Origin: an uncultured Planctomycetaceae bacterium | GTDB lineage: Bacteria; Planctomycetota; Phycisphaerae; SM23-33 | NCBI GenBank assembly: GCA_964631565.1 | Contig: CAZVYJ010000001.1 | Location: forward strand, 12,705 to 76,704 | Length of the DNA stretch: 64,000 nt | Direction: 5' to 3' | Shown: positions 30,771 to 39,779 of the stretch, piece after piece | Numbering within the stretch: the stretch's first letter is position 1 | How the letters are laid out: the number at the start of each line of letters is the position of its first letter | Notes under the pieces: generated by a model | The model's input: the letters and a program-made list of their open reading frames with translations, nothing else | Database searches by the model: none | What the model was told of the DNA's origin: nothing | Position numbers and translations under genes: made by a program

Positions 30771-30813
30771 GGATTTTTGCCTTTGAAAAATATATCTGAT
30801 ATTTCTCTGTGTC

Positions 30814-31335
30814 CTCAGCGACCTCAGCGGCTATTCGGAGGATTTTTCCCGTCAACGAATCTGTCGTCGGCGACGCTGCGCGTGGACGTGGCTTTGTCCA
30901 GCCAGCCGCTGCGGGTTACGTTGAAGTTGTCGAATTTCGCTGCGTACGGCTTGATGTCCAGCAGCGGCGTTCCGTCGAGCATGTCGACGTCGGCGATGCG
31001 GAGAATGTTTTTTTCAATACCTTCGACGCCAAGCAGACGGACCGCGGAAATGCCTATCGGGTTAGGTCGCGACGGCGCCCGCGTGGCGAAAAGCCCGCGA
31101 GGCGTGTCGTCCAGAAACGGCTTGACCGTCAGCTTTGCCGGCCCGGCCCGGTCGAACCAGTAAACCAGCCATATCCGCTCGAATCCGTCGAGGTCTTTAG
31201 TTCCTCAGCGTACTGCGGGAATATCTCGACGCTGCCTTCGGCGCCTTTGGCGAGGGCAGGCTGAATCGGCGTGCCGGCGGCTTCCCTGAACGGCGAGTGA
31301 ATCACGCCTATCGGCTTTAGCTCAAATGGTTTCAT
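30814..31335 (-). pseudogene. tsaA: tRNA-Thr(GGU) m6t6A37 methyltransferase TsaA (YaeB family), interrupted by a -1 frameshift
   Basis: ORF 31129-31335 encodes MKPFELKPIGVIHSPFREAAGTPIQPALAKGAEGSVEIFPQYAEELK. The family continues as DLDGFERIWLVYWFDRAGPAKLTVKPF...GTPLLDIKPY only in the -1 frame after an A-run (aaag instead of aaaag) near 31195-31198. Confidence 0.7.
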
Positions 31336-31345
31336 GTGACCAACC

Positions 31346-32023
31346 CTAACCGGCTCGCAGGCCCAGCAGCGGCATCAGGTTATTCAGAACGAAACCGAAC
31401 AACTGGTCTATCGGATCAAGTTGCGCCAGCTGCGGCGCGACGCCGCCCAGCAGCCGCGGCAGGAATATAAGGGCCAGCAGGACAAAACGGCCGTATTGAA
31501 GCTGCCAATGCATGAAAGCCTGCTGCTTATACCAAGGCAGCAGTTCGCGGACTATGTGATGTCCGTCCAGAGGGTACAGCGGAATCAGGTTGAATGTGAA
31601 CAGCATCAGGTTGATGATTATCGTGAACATGAAAACCATCAGGATCGTGTTTTGCCAGTCGGCATTAAGGCTGTGCAGGTGAGGTATGATAAGATGCAGG
31701 ATCATCGCCATGGCAGCCGCCAGGGCCAGGTTGCTCAGCGGCCCGGCCAGCGAGACCATTATGTCTCCCAGCCTTCTGGGGTTGAGATTGGCGGGGTTTA
31801 CCGGCACGGGCTTGGCCCAGCCGAAATGCACGAGGAACAGCGCGATAGTGCCTATCGGGTCGAGGTGCACCAGCGGGTTGAAGCTGCACCGCCCGAGCAG
31901 CCTGGCGGTCGGGTCTCCGAATGCATAGGCCGTCCGCGCGTGCGCAACTTCATGCACGACCAGGCTCATAAGGAGAAACGGAGCCATGAAAATCATCAAT
32001 CTTATTTCTTCCGGATTGAACAT
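31346..32023 (-). CDS. site-2 protease family (M50) zinc metallopeptidase
   Basis: Start MFNPEEIRLMIF. HEVAHA (HExxH) in TM1 and NLIPLYPLDGHHI (LDG motif) in a later TM. Confidence 0.8.
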   Translation of the reverse strand: MFNPEEIRLMIFMAPFLLMSLVVHEVAHARTAYAFGDPTARLLGRCSFNPLVHLDPIGTIALFLVHFGWAKPVPVNPANLNPRRLGDIMVSLAGPLSNLALAAAMAMILHLIIPHLHSLNADWQNTILMVFMFTIIINLMLFTFNLIPLYPLDGHHIVRELLPWYKQQAFMHWQLQYGRFVLLALIFLPRLLGGVAPQLAQLDPIDQLFGFVLNNLMPLLGLRAG

Positions 32024-32148
32024 ATCGCCAGTGTCCCTTTTACTTGACCGCGGGGTCGCCAGCAAGCATAATGCTTCTTTGCCGGTCGGCTTATCTTCCA
32101 GTTTATCCTTATTTAGAGTTTACCCCGGCCGTGCGCGGAAACGAAGCC

Positions 32149-33165
32149 ATGAAAAAGCCCGGTAACAGGCCCAAAGTCGATATTGAGCTTGTCCGCAACG
32201 CTCTGCTTGCAGAGGGGCGTTCGATATCTGCCCTTGCCGACCATATCGGCGATGCCTTCGCCGACGCCGCCCGCCTGATATACGCCTGCAGGGGCCAGGT
32301 TGTTCTGACCGGTATAGGCAAGGCCGGCATCATCGCCCAGAAGATATCCGCCACGCTGGCCTCCACGGGCACGCGGAGCATCTTTCTGCACCCGGTCGAG
32401 GCCCTCCACGGCGACCTGGGCAGGCTGCAGGAAGGCGACGTGGTGGTGGCTCTTTCGGACAGCGGCCAGACAGAGGAACTCGTCCGCCTGCTGGACCACA
32501 TCAAGAAACGCCGGGCTTCGCTGGTTGCCGTCACGGGCGACGGCGAGTCGCCGCTGGCCGCCCACGCGGACATATGCATAAGTTACGGCCGGGTCGAAGA
32601 GGCCTGCCCGCTGGGGCTGGCCCCGACGGTTTCCACAGCCTGCATGCTGGCGATGGGCGACGCGCTGGCGATAGCAGTGATGCGCATGCGGAATTTCACG
32701 CCGGAGGATTTTGCGGCGTTCCATCCGGCCGGGGCGCTGGGGCGGAAGCTGCTGAAGGTCGAAGAGGCCATGACGTTCAGGCAGGGCGAGCAGCTCAGCA
32801 TCGCCGAAGATTCCCTTACGCTCGGCGACGCCCTTGCCGAGGCAGAAAAAGTCAAACGCAGGCATGGCGCCATGCTGCTTGTGGACAAAAAGGGGCGGCT
32901 GACGGGCATTCTGACCGACGCCGACCTGCGGCGTTCGATTGTATCCGGCGGGGCGGCCGTGCTGTCGCGCCCGGTAAGTGAATTCATGACCGCCAATCCC
33001 AAGCGGGTTCAACTGGGCCAGCTTGCCAGCGAGGCGATGGCGATATTCAACCAATACCGAATCGACGAACTGCCGGTCGTAGACCACGACGGCAAACCGG
33101 TCGGCGTGATAGACGTTCAGGACCTTATAGGCATCAAGACGGTGACAAATGGCCGGGAAGATTGA
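32149..33165 (+). CDS. kdsD: KpsF/GutQ-family arabinose-5-phosphate isomerase (SIS + tandem CBS)
   Basis: Start MKKPGNRPK. SIS domain VVLTGIGKAGIIAQKISATLASTG and SDSGQTEEL. C-terminal CBS pair. Followed by kdsC. Confidence 0.85.
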   Translation: MKKPGNRPKVDIELVRNALLAEGRSISALADHIGDAFADAARLIYACRGQVVLTGIGKAGIIAQKISATLASTGTRSIFLHPVEALHGDLGRLQEGDVVVALSDSGQTEELVRLLDHIKKRRASLVAVTGDGESPLAAHADICISYGRVEEACPLGLAPTVSTACMLAMGDALAIAVMRMRNFTPEDFAAFHPAGALGRKLLKVEEAMTFRQGEQLSIAEDSLTLGDALAEAEKVKRRHGAMLLVDKKGRLTGILTDADLRRSIVSGGAAVLSRPVSEFMTANPKRVQLGQLASEAMAIFNQYRIDELPVVDHDGKPVGVIDVQDLIGIKTVTNGRED

Positions 33166-33685
33166 CTACTCCAGAATCGAGCTTCTTGTCCTGGATGTTG
33201 ACGGCGTGCTGACCGACGGCCGCATAATGCTCACGCCGGCCGGCGACGAAATAAAAGTGTTTCACGTCCGGGACGGGGCCGGCATGAAATACTGGCACAG
33301 GGCGGGCGGCAAGCTTGCGATAATAAGCGGCCGCGGAAGCAAGGCCGTCACCGTCCGGGCGAAGGAACTTTCCGTCGATTTCGTGCGTCTGAATGCAAAG
33401 GACAAGCTGCCCGCATTCAGGGAAGCGCTGGCGGAGCTGTGCGTTGCCTCCGACAGGACGGCCGTTATCGGCGACGACCTGACGGACCTGCCGCTTTTCC
33501 GCAACTGCGCGATGCCGGTTGCCGTCTGCGACGCCCCGCAGGAAGTCCGCGACGCGGCGGCGTATGTAACCGCTCTGCCGGGCGGGGCGGGATGCGTGCG
33601 TGAAGTCATCGAACTGATATTGAAAAAATCCGGCAGGTGGGACGGCATTATGGCCCGCTACAAGGCCGGCAAGGACCCTGAGTGA
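33149..33685 (+). CDS. kdsC: 3-deoxy-D-manno-octulosonate 8-phosphate phosphatase (HAD-IIIA)
   Basis: LVLDVDGVLTDGRI (HAD motif I), GRGSKAV and VIGDDLTDLPL (motif III). Overlaps kdsD by 17 nt. Confidence 0.85.
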   Translation: MAGKIDYSRIELLVLDVDGVLTDGRIMLTPAGDEIKVFHVRDGAGMKYWHRAGGKLAIISGRGSKAVTVRAKELSVDFVRLNAKDKLPAFREALAELCVASDRTAVIGDDLTDLPLFRNCAMPVAVCDAPQEVRDAAAYVTALPGGAGCVREVIELILKKSGRWDGIMARYKAGKDPE

Positions 33686-36600
33686 TGAACAGACGCATTA
33701 TACTGCCCGTTGGCGTGTTTGTGGCGATACTGGTTGTCGTGCTGGTGTACTGGAAGATAGCCGGCTCTTCCGACGACTCCGGGGTCAGGACATCGCTGGA
33801 GCACGTGGAGCCTCCCAAGGCGAGTGATACCGCACCGGAAGGCGATGTTGGCGCCAGCGGCGGACTGGGCCTGAACTATGTGCACCGGGACGAACGAGGC
33901 AACCTCGTCGCCAGATGCCAGGCCAAATCGTGGGACAAGCAGTCCAAGACGGTTTTCCTGCTGGATGAGCCGGTTGTGACGTTCTATACGAAAGACGGTA
34001 GGGCTATCTCCCTTAGCGGCAAAAAGGCTGTCGTTCACGGTGAGGAAATCTCCAAGAGCGTGAAGGTGACGCAGGGAACCATCAGCGGTGATGTGCTGTT
34101 GACTGTCGATATGTCCGAGGAAATAACTGCCGTGCCGCTCGAAGAAAGGCCGGAAGACAAGCTCGAGATATATCTCGAAAGCGCGGAATTCGACAACGAC
34201 CTGCTGCAGATAGAATCGGCCGGCTCCGTCACGGTGCTGTCCAAAGATGTGGACATGTACGGGCGCGGGCTTTCGCTGACCTGGAACCAGTCGCCCAGCG
34301 AGTTGAGACTGCTCAGGATAACCGAGGGCGAGAAGGTCATCGTGCGTTCGATGCCGAACCAGCTCAGCGAAGCTGAACAGCAGAGCGAAAAAGCTGAAGA
34401 GGCGACCGTAACAACCGACGAGAAAATCGAAACGGGCGATTCCGTAACGCCGCCGGCCGGCGGCAACGTCGCTTCGGCTAAATCGGGCGAACTGAAGAAA
34501 TCGGATGAGCTTCCGGATTGGACGGCTCCCGGGCCTGATGAATATGCCGACGACATGCAGCAGAATTCCGCATCGACGCAGCCGGCCGCTACCCAGCCGA
34601 CCACTGCGGCGGCCAATAAGCCGGCGACAAAACCGGCGACCCAACCCGCAACCCAGGGCGACACGGAGACGGTCAAGCCTAAGAGACGGAATGTTCTTCG
34701 GGCGGACTTCATAGATACGGTTCACGGAGTGCATGTAGACCAGGGCCCCAATCATCTTCGCGGCGCCGATAAGCTGTCGATAATTTTCCGCCTGAGCGAG
34801 CAGCAGACCTCGCAGAAGCGGGCGAAACCCAGAACTACTGCAGCACCGACCACCGGTCCGGGCAAAATTCCGACGTCCCAGCCGGCCGCCGCACCCGCGA
34901 CGCAGCCGGAAAAGAGTCCCGATGCCCCCATGATAATCACATGGCAGGGGCCGCTGGAGATTCGTTCAATCGGACACGAGGAAAACCCCGACAGCAAGCA
35001 GGTCGCCATAATCGCCGACGGCGAGGAACTGAAGTTCACCGCCGAGGACACCCTCACCACGTGCAGACGGATGATTTTCCGCAGTCCCGAACAGGTCGGC
35101 CGGCTCATGGGAACCGCCGACAAGCCGGTGCAGATGACATCCGCCAACGGACAGAAAATCATCGCCGAAGACGTCCGGCTCGACAGAAAGCAGAAACTGG
35201 TTTACCTGGACGGCAGTGGTTATATCGAAGATGTTTCCAGGCCGACCACCGCGCCGGAAACCGGCGATAAGGAATCAAAGACGGCCGTCACGGTCAAATG
35301 GAGCAAAGGCGCAATCGCTCGAATCAGGGAATATGAAACCGCACAGCCGGACGGCAGCAGCACAACCCGCATGTCATTCGAAGAGGCGAAAATATGCGGC
35401 AAAGTCGAGCTGACCCAGCCGGAAACAGGCGAAGCCGTTCACTGCGAAAATATGCACCTGTTCATGGCTGAGATGGACGGCCGGGAATATCCCACACGGG
35501 TTATTGCGACCGGCGACGTCGTCGCCACGCAGACTGACAGCGACACCATGGCCGACAAGGTCACAGTCTATTTCGCCAAGCCCATGCCGGATGAAAGGGA
35601 CAAGAAAGACAAAGGATGGATTTCGACTGGAATCGACAGGATGATTGCCGAGGGCAATGTCAGATTCTATTCGAAGCAGGAAGACCAGGCTGCCTCGCTC
35701 GAAAACGGCCAGCGCAGACCGAACATGACAGGCGAAAAGGTCACGGTCTATTTCATCGCGTCTTCTCCTGACGACGCGAAAGACAAAACGGGCCGGCGCT
35801 CGCCGAAGGTCGACAGGATGACAGCCGACGGCAGGGGCAGCCTGTTTTTCAGAACAACCAAACAGGCGAGCGGCGAAAAACTTGAAAAGCCCCGCGATGT
35901 AGCCATCAGCTGGTCTAAAGAGATGGATTACAAGGTGGCGGACCTTGAAGCCGCCTTTGAGGGTGACGTTAAACTCGACAGCGCCGGCGAGCATCTCGAA
36001 GGCCAGGAAATGACGGTGAAATTCGAGAAGGGCGAAATCGCTGCTGCGTCTTCGGATGCCTCGAAAACCGCAACCGCCGATGACGGGAAAAAGAAATCTC
36101 GCGGATTCGACGCAAGCCAGTTTGCGTCGATGCAGTTGATCAATGTCACCACCAGCAGGGACGTGAAGGTCGAATCGACTCTCAAGGACGAACAGGACAA
36201 CCTGCTGCGTCGCGTGAATCTGAAGACGGAAACCGGCACGCTTGCATACGACGTCAAGGCCGGCCAGATGACCGTTACAGGGGCAGGGACCTTCGCCGCC
36301 GAAGACTATCGCGCCCCCAGGCTGAAAACGGACAAAGCGAACGAAACCGATGTGCAGAGGCCCAACCAGACTTATCTCAAGTGGGCCAGGATAATGAGAT
36401 ACACGCGAACCAAGGGCGAAGACGGCACATTTGACGGCGGCGGCGAAGTTATCGCCAAGGAAGACGTCGAAATGGTATTCGCCAGCGGCAAGTATCTCGT
36501 CAAGCAGGACAGGCTCAAGCATGTTGACTGGGGCGACCTGACGGAAGGCCGGGTGACCACGCTGGGCTGCGACGACCTGTGGGTGAAGTTCGACGCAGCG

Positions 36601-36921
36601 GAAGAAATACCCGCAGACACTAATAAGAAACTCGTGCCCGGCTCGGAAGACATCACCCTCGGCAAGCTGAAGGAATTCAAGGCCATGGGCAAGGTGCTCG
36701 CCACCGACGGCGTTGAAATCAAACGCAAGATTACCGCCGACACCCTGCACTATACCAGCGACGACCAGCTGCTGCGCATCCTCGGCACAAAGGAAAAACC
36801 GGCTGCGCTGATAGAGACCAATTCGCTTACCGGCACAGTCAGGCCGATGAAAAGCTCCAGGATTCTCTGGTATCGGGCGAACGATAATTTCGTCGTCGAG
36901 GACACCAAGGCCGGCGGGTAA
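33682..36921 (+). CDS. giant membrane-anchored LptC/LptA (OstA)-like repeat protein with Pro/Thr/Ala-rich linker
   Basis: ATGA overlap with kdsC. N-terminal TM RIILPVGVFVAILVVVLVY. Low-complexity QPAATQPTTAAANKPATKPATQPATQ. Repeated OstA-like units, e.g. DKVTVYFAKP...DRMIAEGNVRFYSK and EKVTVYFIAS...DRMTADGRGSLFF. Occupies the lptC-lptA position after kdsD-kdsC. Confidence 0.5.
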   Translation: MMNRRIILPVGVFVAILVVVLVYWKIAGSSDDSGVRTSLEHVEPPKASDTAPEGDVGASGGLGLNYVHRDERGNLVARCQAKSWDKQSKTVFLLDEPVVTFYTKDGRAISLSGKKAVVHGEEISKSVKVTQGTISGDVLLTVDMSEEITAVPLEERPEDKLEIYLESAEFDNDLLQIESAGSVTVLSKDVDMYGRGLSLTWNQSPSELRLLRITEGEKVIVRSMPNQLSEAEQQSEKAEEATVTTDEKIETGDSVTPPAGGNVASAKSGELKKSDELPDWTAPGPDEYADDMQQNSASTQPAATQPTTAAANKPATKPATQPATQGDTETVKPKRRNVLRADFIDTVHGVHVDQGPNHLRGADKLSIIFRLSEQQTSQKRAKPRTTAAPTTGPGKIPTSQPAAAPATQPEKSPDAPMIITWQGPLEIRSIGHEENPDSKQVAIIADGEELKFTAEDTLTTCRRMIFRSPEQVGRLMGTADKPVQMTSANGQKIIAEDVRLDRKQKLVYLDGSGYIEDVSRPTTAPETGDKESKTAVTVKWSKGAIARIREYETAQPDGSSTTRMSFEEAKICGKVELTQPETGEAVHCENMHLFMAEMDGREYPTRVIATGDVVATQTDSDTMADKVTVYFAKPMPDERDKKDKGWISTGIDRMIAEGNVRFYSKQEDQAASLENGQRRPNMTGEKVTVYFIASSPDDAKDKTGRRSPKVDRMTADGRGSLFFRTTKQASGEKLEKPRDVAISWSKEMDYKVADLEAAFEGDVKLDSAGEHLEGQEMTVKFEKGEIAAASSDASKTATADDGKKKSRGFDASQFASMQLINVTTSRDVKVESTLKDEQDNLLRRVNLKTETGTLAYDVKAGQMTVTGAGTFAAEDYRAPRLKTDKANETDVQRPNQTYLKWARIMRYTRTKGEDGTFDGGGEVIAKEDVEMVFASGKYLVKQDRLKHVDWGDLTEGRVTTLGCDDLWVKFDAAEEIPADTNKKLVPGSEDITLGKLKEFKAMGKVLATDGVEIKRKITADTLHYTSDDQLLRILGTKEKPAALIETNSLTGTVRPMKSSRILWYRANDNFVVEDTKAGG

Positions 36922-36925
36922 TTCG

Positions 36926-37106
36926 TATGAAACAGTACCTGTTTCATATGAATTAGAGCAGGAGAACAGTTGAAAGTAGAGAGTAGAGAGCAGAAAAAGC
37001 AGTAGATGCCTATTTGGTGACTTATTTGTTTGTCACTGCCGCGGGTAGTTCTCCTGCGGCTTGCCCCACGTAGTCCCGCAGGGACGAAGACGGGTCTACT
37101 TTCTCC
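36926..37106 (+). repeat. intergenic repeat element copy A: palindromic hairpin + TTAGAGCAGGAGAACAGTTGAAAGTAGAGAGTAGAG core + distal GTTCTCCTGCGG ... TCTACTTTCT
   Basis: Perfect palindrome tatgaaacag-tac-ctgtttcata 5 nt after the stop, then the core. Downstream segments are reverse complements of GCAGGAGAAC and GAAAGTAGA in interleaved (pseudoknot-type) order. A second copy is at 41127-41265. Confidence 0.6.
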
Positions 37107-37119
37107 TTTCTGGTTTTCT

Positions 37120-37935
37120 TTACAGGGTTTCGTTCAGCGAGCCGCTGCGGAAACCTTCGAGGTCGAGCGTCACGTATGAATAGCCGAGCAGTTTGACGGC
37201 CGCGACGATATCGCCCCGCAGTTCGAAGGCCCGGTCTATCTGGTCAGGCGGAACTTCTATTCTCGCAATCTTCCCGTGGTCGCGAAGGCGGCACTGCTGA
37301 AACCCCATGTCGCGCAGAACGGCTTCCGCCTTTTCGATGCGGGCGAGTTTCTCGGGGGTAATCTCGTCGCCGTAGGGCACTCTGCTGGCCAGGCAGGCCG
37401 ACGACGGTTTGTCGGCTGTCTCCAGGCCCAGCATGCGTGAGGCGGCCCGGATGTCCTCCTTGCCGAGACCTGCTTCCAGAAGCGGCCGGCGAATGCCCAA
37501 TTCCTCTTCGGCCCGCAGGCCGGGGCGGTAGTCGCCCGTATCGTCGGCGTTCGCTCCGCTGACGACGACGGCCAGCCCGCGCTCGTCGGCAATCTGCTTC
37601 ATTTGCCCGAATATCGCCAGTTTGCAGTGATAGCACCTGTCGGGCGGATTGGAGGTGAATGTTCTGTCGCTCATTTCGTCCGTTTCGACTTCGAGAAGCT
37701 CGACCCCCAGCTTTTCGGCGATCCGGCGGGCGGTGCGGCGCTCGTGCTCCGGATGAATGGGCGAAACGCCGGTGACTGCAAGGACGTTGTCCGTTCCAAG
37801 CTCTTCTGCGGCGAGCCTGAGCAGCAGCGTGCTGTCCACGCCGCCGGAAAATCCGACAACCGCACTGCCAAGCTTGCGGATGATTTCGCGGCAGGCGGCG
37901 ATGCGATCATTCGGATTATCTTTTTTGTCGGTCAT
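37120..37935 (-). CDS. larE: ATP-dependent sacrificial sulfur transferase LarE (PP-loop ATPase)
   Basis: PP-loop VVGFSGGVDSTLLL, DYRPGLRA, RCYHCK, and C-terminal YVTLDLEGFRSGSLNE matching the LarE family. Confidence 0.8.
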   Translation of the reverse strand: MTDKKDNPNDRIAACREIIRKLGSAVVGFSGGVDSTLLLRLAAEELGTDNVLAVTGVSPIHPEHERRTARRIAEKLGVELLEVETDEMSDRTFTSNPPDRCYHCKLAIFGQMKQIADERGLAVVVSGANADDTGDYRPGLRAEEELGIRRPLLEAGLGKEDIRAASRMLGLETADKPSSACLASRVPYGDEITPEKLARIEKAEAVLRDMGFQQCRLRDHGKIARIEVPPDQIDRAFELRGDIVAAVKLLGYSYVTLDLEGFRSGSLNETL

Positions 37936-38068
37936 CGCTGAATTGTAGGCCCGACGCCATAAAACAGCAATGTCAACCGCGGAATTTGCTGCCGCTTCAG
38001 GCCGCTGTCGCCAGATTCACATTGCCGCAGCAGGCATGTCCGGTTAAGCTCTTGGGTCTGCATCTTGA

Positions 38069-39211
38069 GTGTGTCAGGCTTATAATATGATACGGAAATC
38101 GACCGTGAAGAAGAAAAGCATTTACAAACGTCGCCGGGAAGTCGCCTTGCGTAAGGCGGCGGCCGGCCGGCTCCAGTGCCTGCTTATTACACGCCCTGAA
38201 GATGTCAGCTATCTGACCGGCTTCGGTGGGGAAGACAGCGCACTGCTGCTGGCACGCGGCAAGGCCTGTTTGCTGACGGACGGACGCTACAGGGAATGGG
38301 CCGAACGCGACTGCGGCGATATAGAAATCGACGCGACCGGCGGCTTCACGCCTCAGACGGTGCTGAAACATCTAAAGGGCGGCATGAGGCGCATCGGCAT
38401 CCAGGCCGGCTATATGACCGTTTCCGGCAGCGACGCACTACTCGACGCTCTCGGCTCCAAATCGCGAAAACTCGTGCCGGCAGACGAAATCATCGGCAAT
38501 CTCAGGCTTATAAAGGACAAAACCGAAATTCGCGCCATCCGCAGGGCGATTGCGATAGCCGAGAAGGCCATGAAGCAGCTTACCGCCCGCGGCGCCGGGT
38601 GGTTCATCGGCAAAACCGAGCGGCAGATTGCCGGTGAGCTGGATTACCTCGTGAGGCTGGCCGGGGCGGACGGCACTCCGTTCGAGACCATCGTGGCAGC
38701 CGGGCCAAACGGCGCCATGCCGCATTACCGTCCCGGCAACCGCAGGGTTCGCAGGGGCGAACCGCTTCTCGTGGACTGGGGCGCGCTGGTCGGCGGCTAC
38801 TGCAGCGACTTGACGCGTGTGTACTTCACCGGTAAAATTCCGCCGAAATTGGCTGAAATTTATGAAGTTGTGCGCCGGGCACAGGATGCGGCGATAAGGG
38901 CCATAGGCCCCGGCAAAACGGGCAAATCGGCCGACAGGGCGGCTAGGTCGCTTATAGCCGCCTCAGGGTACGAAAAGCAGTTTACCCACGGCCTGGGCCA
39001 TGGAATAGGACGCCAGGTGCACGAGGCGCCGGGCGTAAGCGGCAGGACCAAGGTGAGGTTCAGGCCCGGAATGGTTGTCACCGTTGAGCCGGGCATATAT
39101 CTGCCGGGGATCGGCGGAGTAAGAATAGAAGACGACGTGCTTGTGACATCCGACGGGCGGAGGCGATTGAGTTCGCTGCCCAGGAATATCGAGGCTGTGA
39201 TTCTGCGATAG
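38069..39211 (+). CDS. M24 family Xaa-Pro aminopeptidase/dipeptidase
   Basis: Pita-bread metal ligands DWGALVGGYCSDLTR, HGLGHGIGRQVHE and VTVEPGIYLPGIGGVRIEDDVLVT. Start may be the ATG at 38087. Confidence 0.8.
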   Translation: MCQAYNMIRKSTVKKKSIYKRRREVALRKAAAGRLQCLLITRPEDVSYLTGFGGEDSALLLARGKACLLTDGRYREWAERDCGDIEIDATGGFTPQTVLKHLKGGMRRIGIQAGYMTVSGSDALLDALGSKSRKLVPADEIIGNLRLIKDKTEIRAIRRAIAIAEKAMKQLTARGAGWFIGKTERQIAGELDYLVRLAGADGTPFETIVAAGPNGAMPHYRPGNRRVRRGEPLLVDWGALVGGYCSDLTRVYFTGKIPPKLAEIYEVVRRAQDAAIRAIGPGKTGKSADRAARSLIAASGYEKQFTHGLGHGIGRQVHEAPGVSGRTKVRFRPGMVVTVEPGIYLPGIGGVRIEDDVLVTSDGRRRLSSLPRNIEAVILR

Positions 39212-39290
39212 TTTTTCGTGTTCGCAGCATATGCCGCAGAAACGCCACAGAACGTCGCCGTCAGGCGGCGGCATGGAAGGCAGGAAATCG

Positions 39291-39752
39291 ATGGAAATCA
39301 AGGAAATAAAGCATCTGATAAAGCTTATGGTCGATAACGACCTGACCGAGCTTAACGTTGTCGACGGCGACAAGCGAGTTCTGCTGAAGCGAGGCCCAGG
39401 CGACGTGCCTTATGTCGTTTCTCCTGCACCGGTCCAGGCGGCGGTAGCGGCGCCCCAAGTGGCTGCGGCACCCGCAGCCGAAGCGGCCCCGGCTGCCAAG
39501 GCACCGGCCGAAAACCTCCTCGAAATCAAAAGCCCGATGGTGGGCACCTTCTATGCGGCTCCAAGCCCCGACAGCGCCCCGTTTGTCCAGGTTGGATCCA
39601 CCGTTAACAGCGAAACAGTAGTCTGTATCGTCGAAGCGATGAAGGTAATGAATGAGATCAAGGCTGAATGCGCCGGCACGATTGCTGAAATCTGCGTCAA
39701 GAACACCCAGCCGGTCGAATTCGGCCAGGTTCTTTTCCGGGTCAGACCGTAG
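39291..39752 (+). CDS. accB: acetyl-CoA carboxylase biotin carboxyl carrier protein
   Basis: Start MEIKEIKHLIKLM after a ggaagg RBS. Ala/Pro linker, then biotinyl-lysine motif IVEAMKVMNEI. Confidence 0.9.
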   Translation: MEIKEIKHLIKLMVDNDLTELNVVDGDKRVLLKRGPGDVPYVVSPAPVQAAVAAPQVAAAPAAEAAPAAKAPAENLLEIKSPMVGTFYAAPSPDSAPFVQVGSTVNSETVVCIVEAMKVMNEIKAECAGTIAEICVKNTQPVEFGQVLFRVRP

Positions 39753-39779
39753 CCAAGGCCTTCGCCAGGGAGCCAAAGT

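Noticed and set aside
32113-33087. 324-aa minus-strand ORF opposite kdsD
   Set aside because: Antisense to a gene with SIS/CBS signatures.
33658-34755. 365-aa minus-strand ORF and 35374-36750 (458 aa) opposite the LptC/A-like giant gene
   Set aside because: Antisense shadows. The plus frame is continuous for 1079 codons with repeats.
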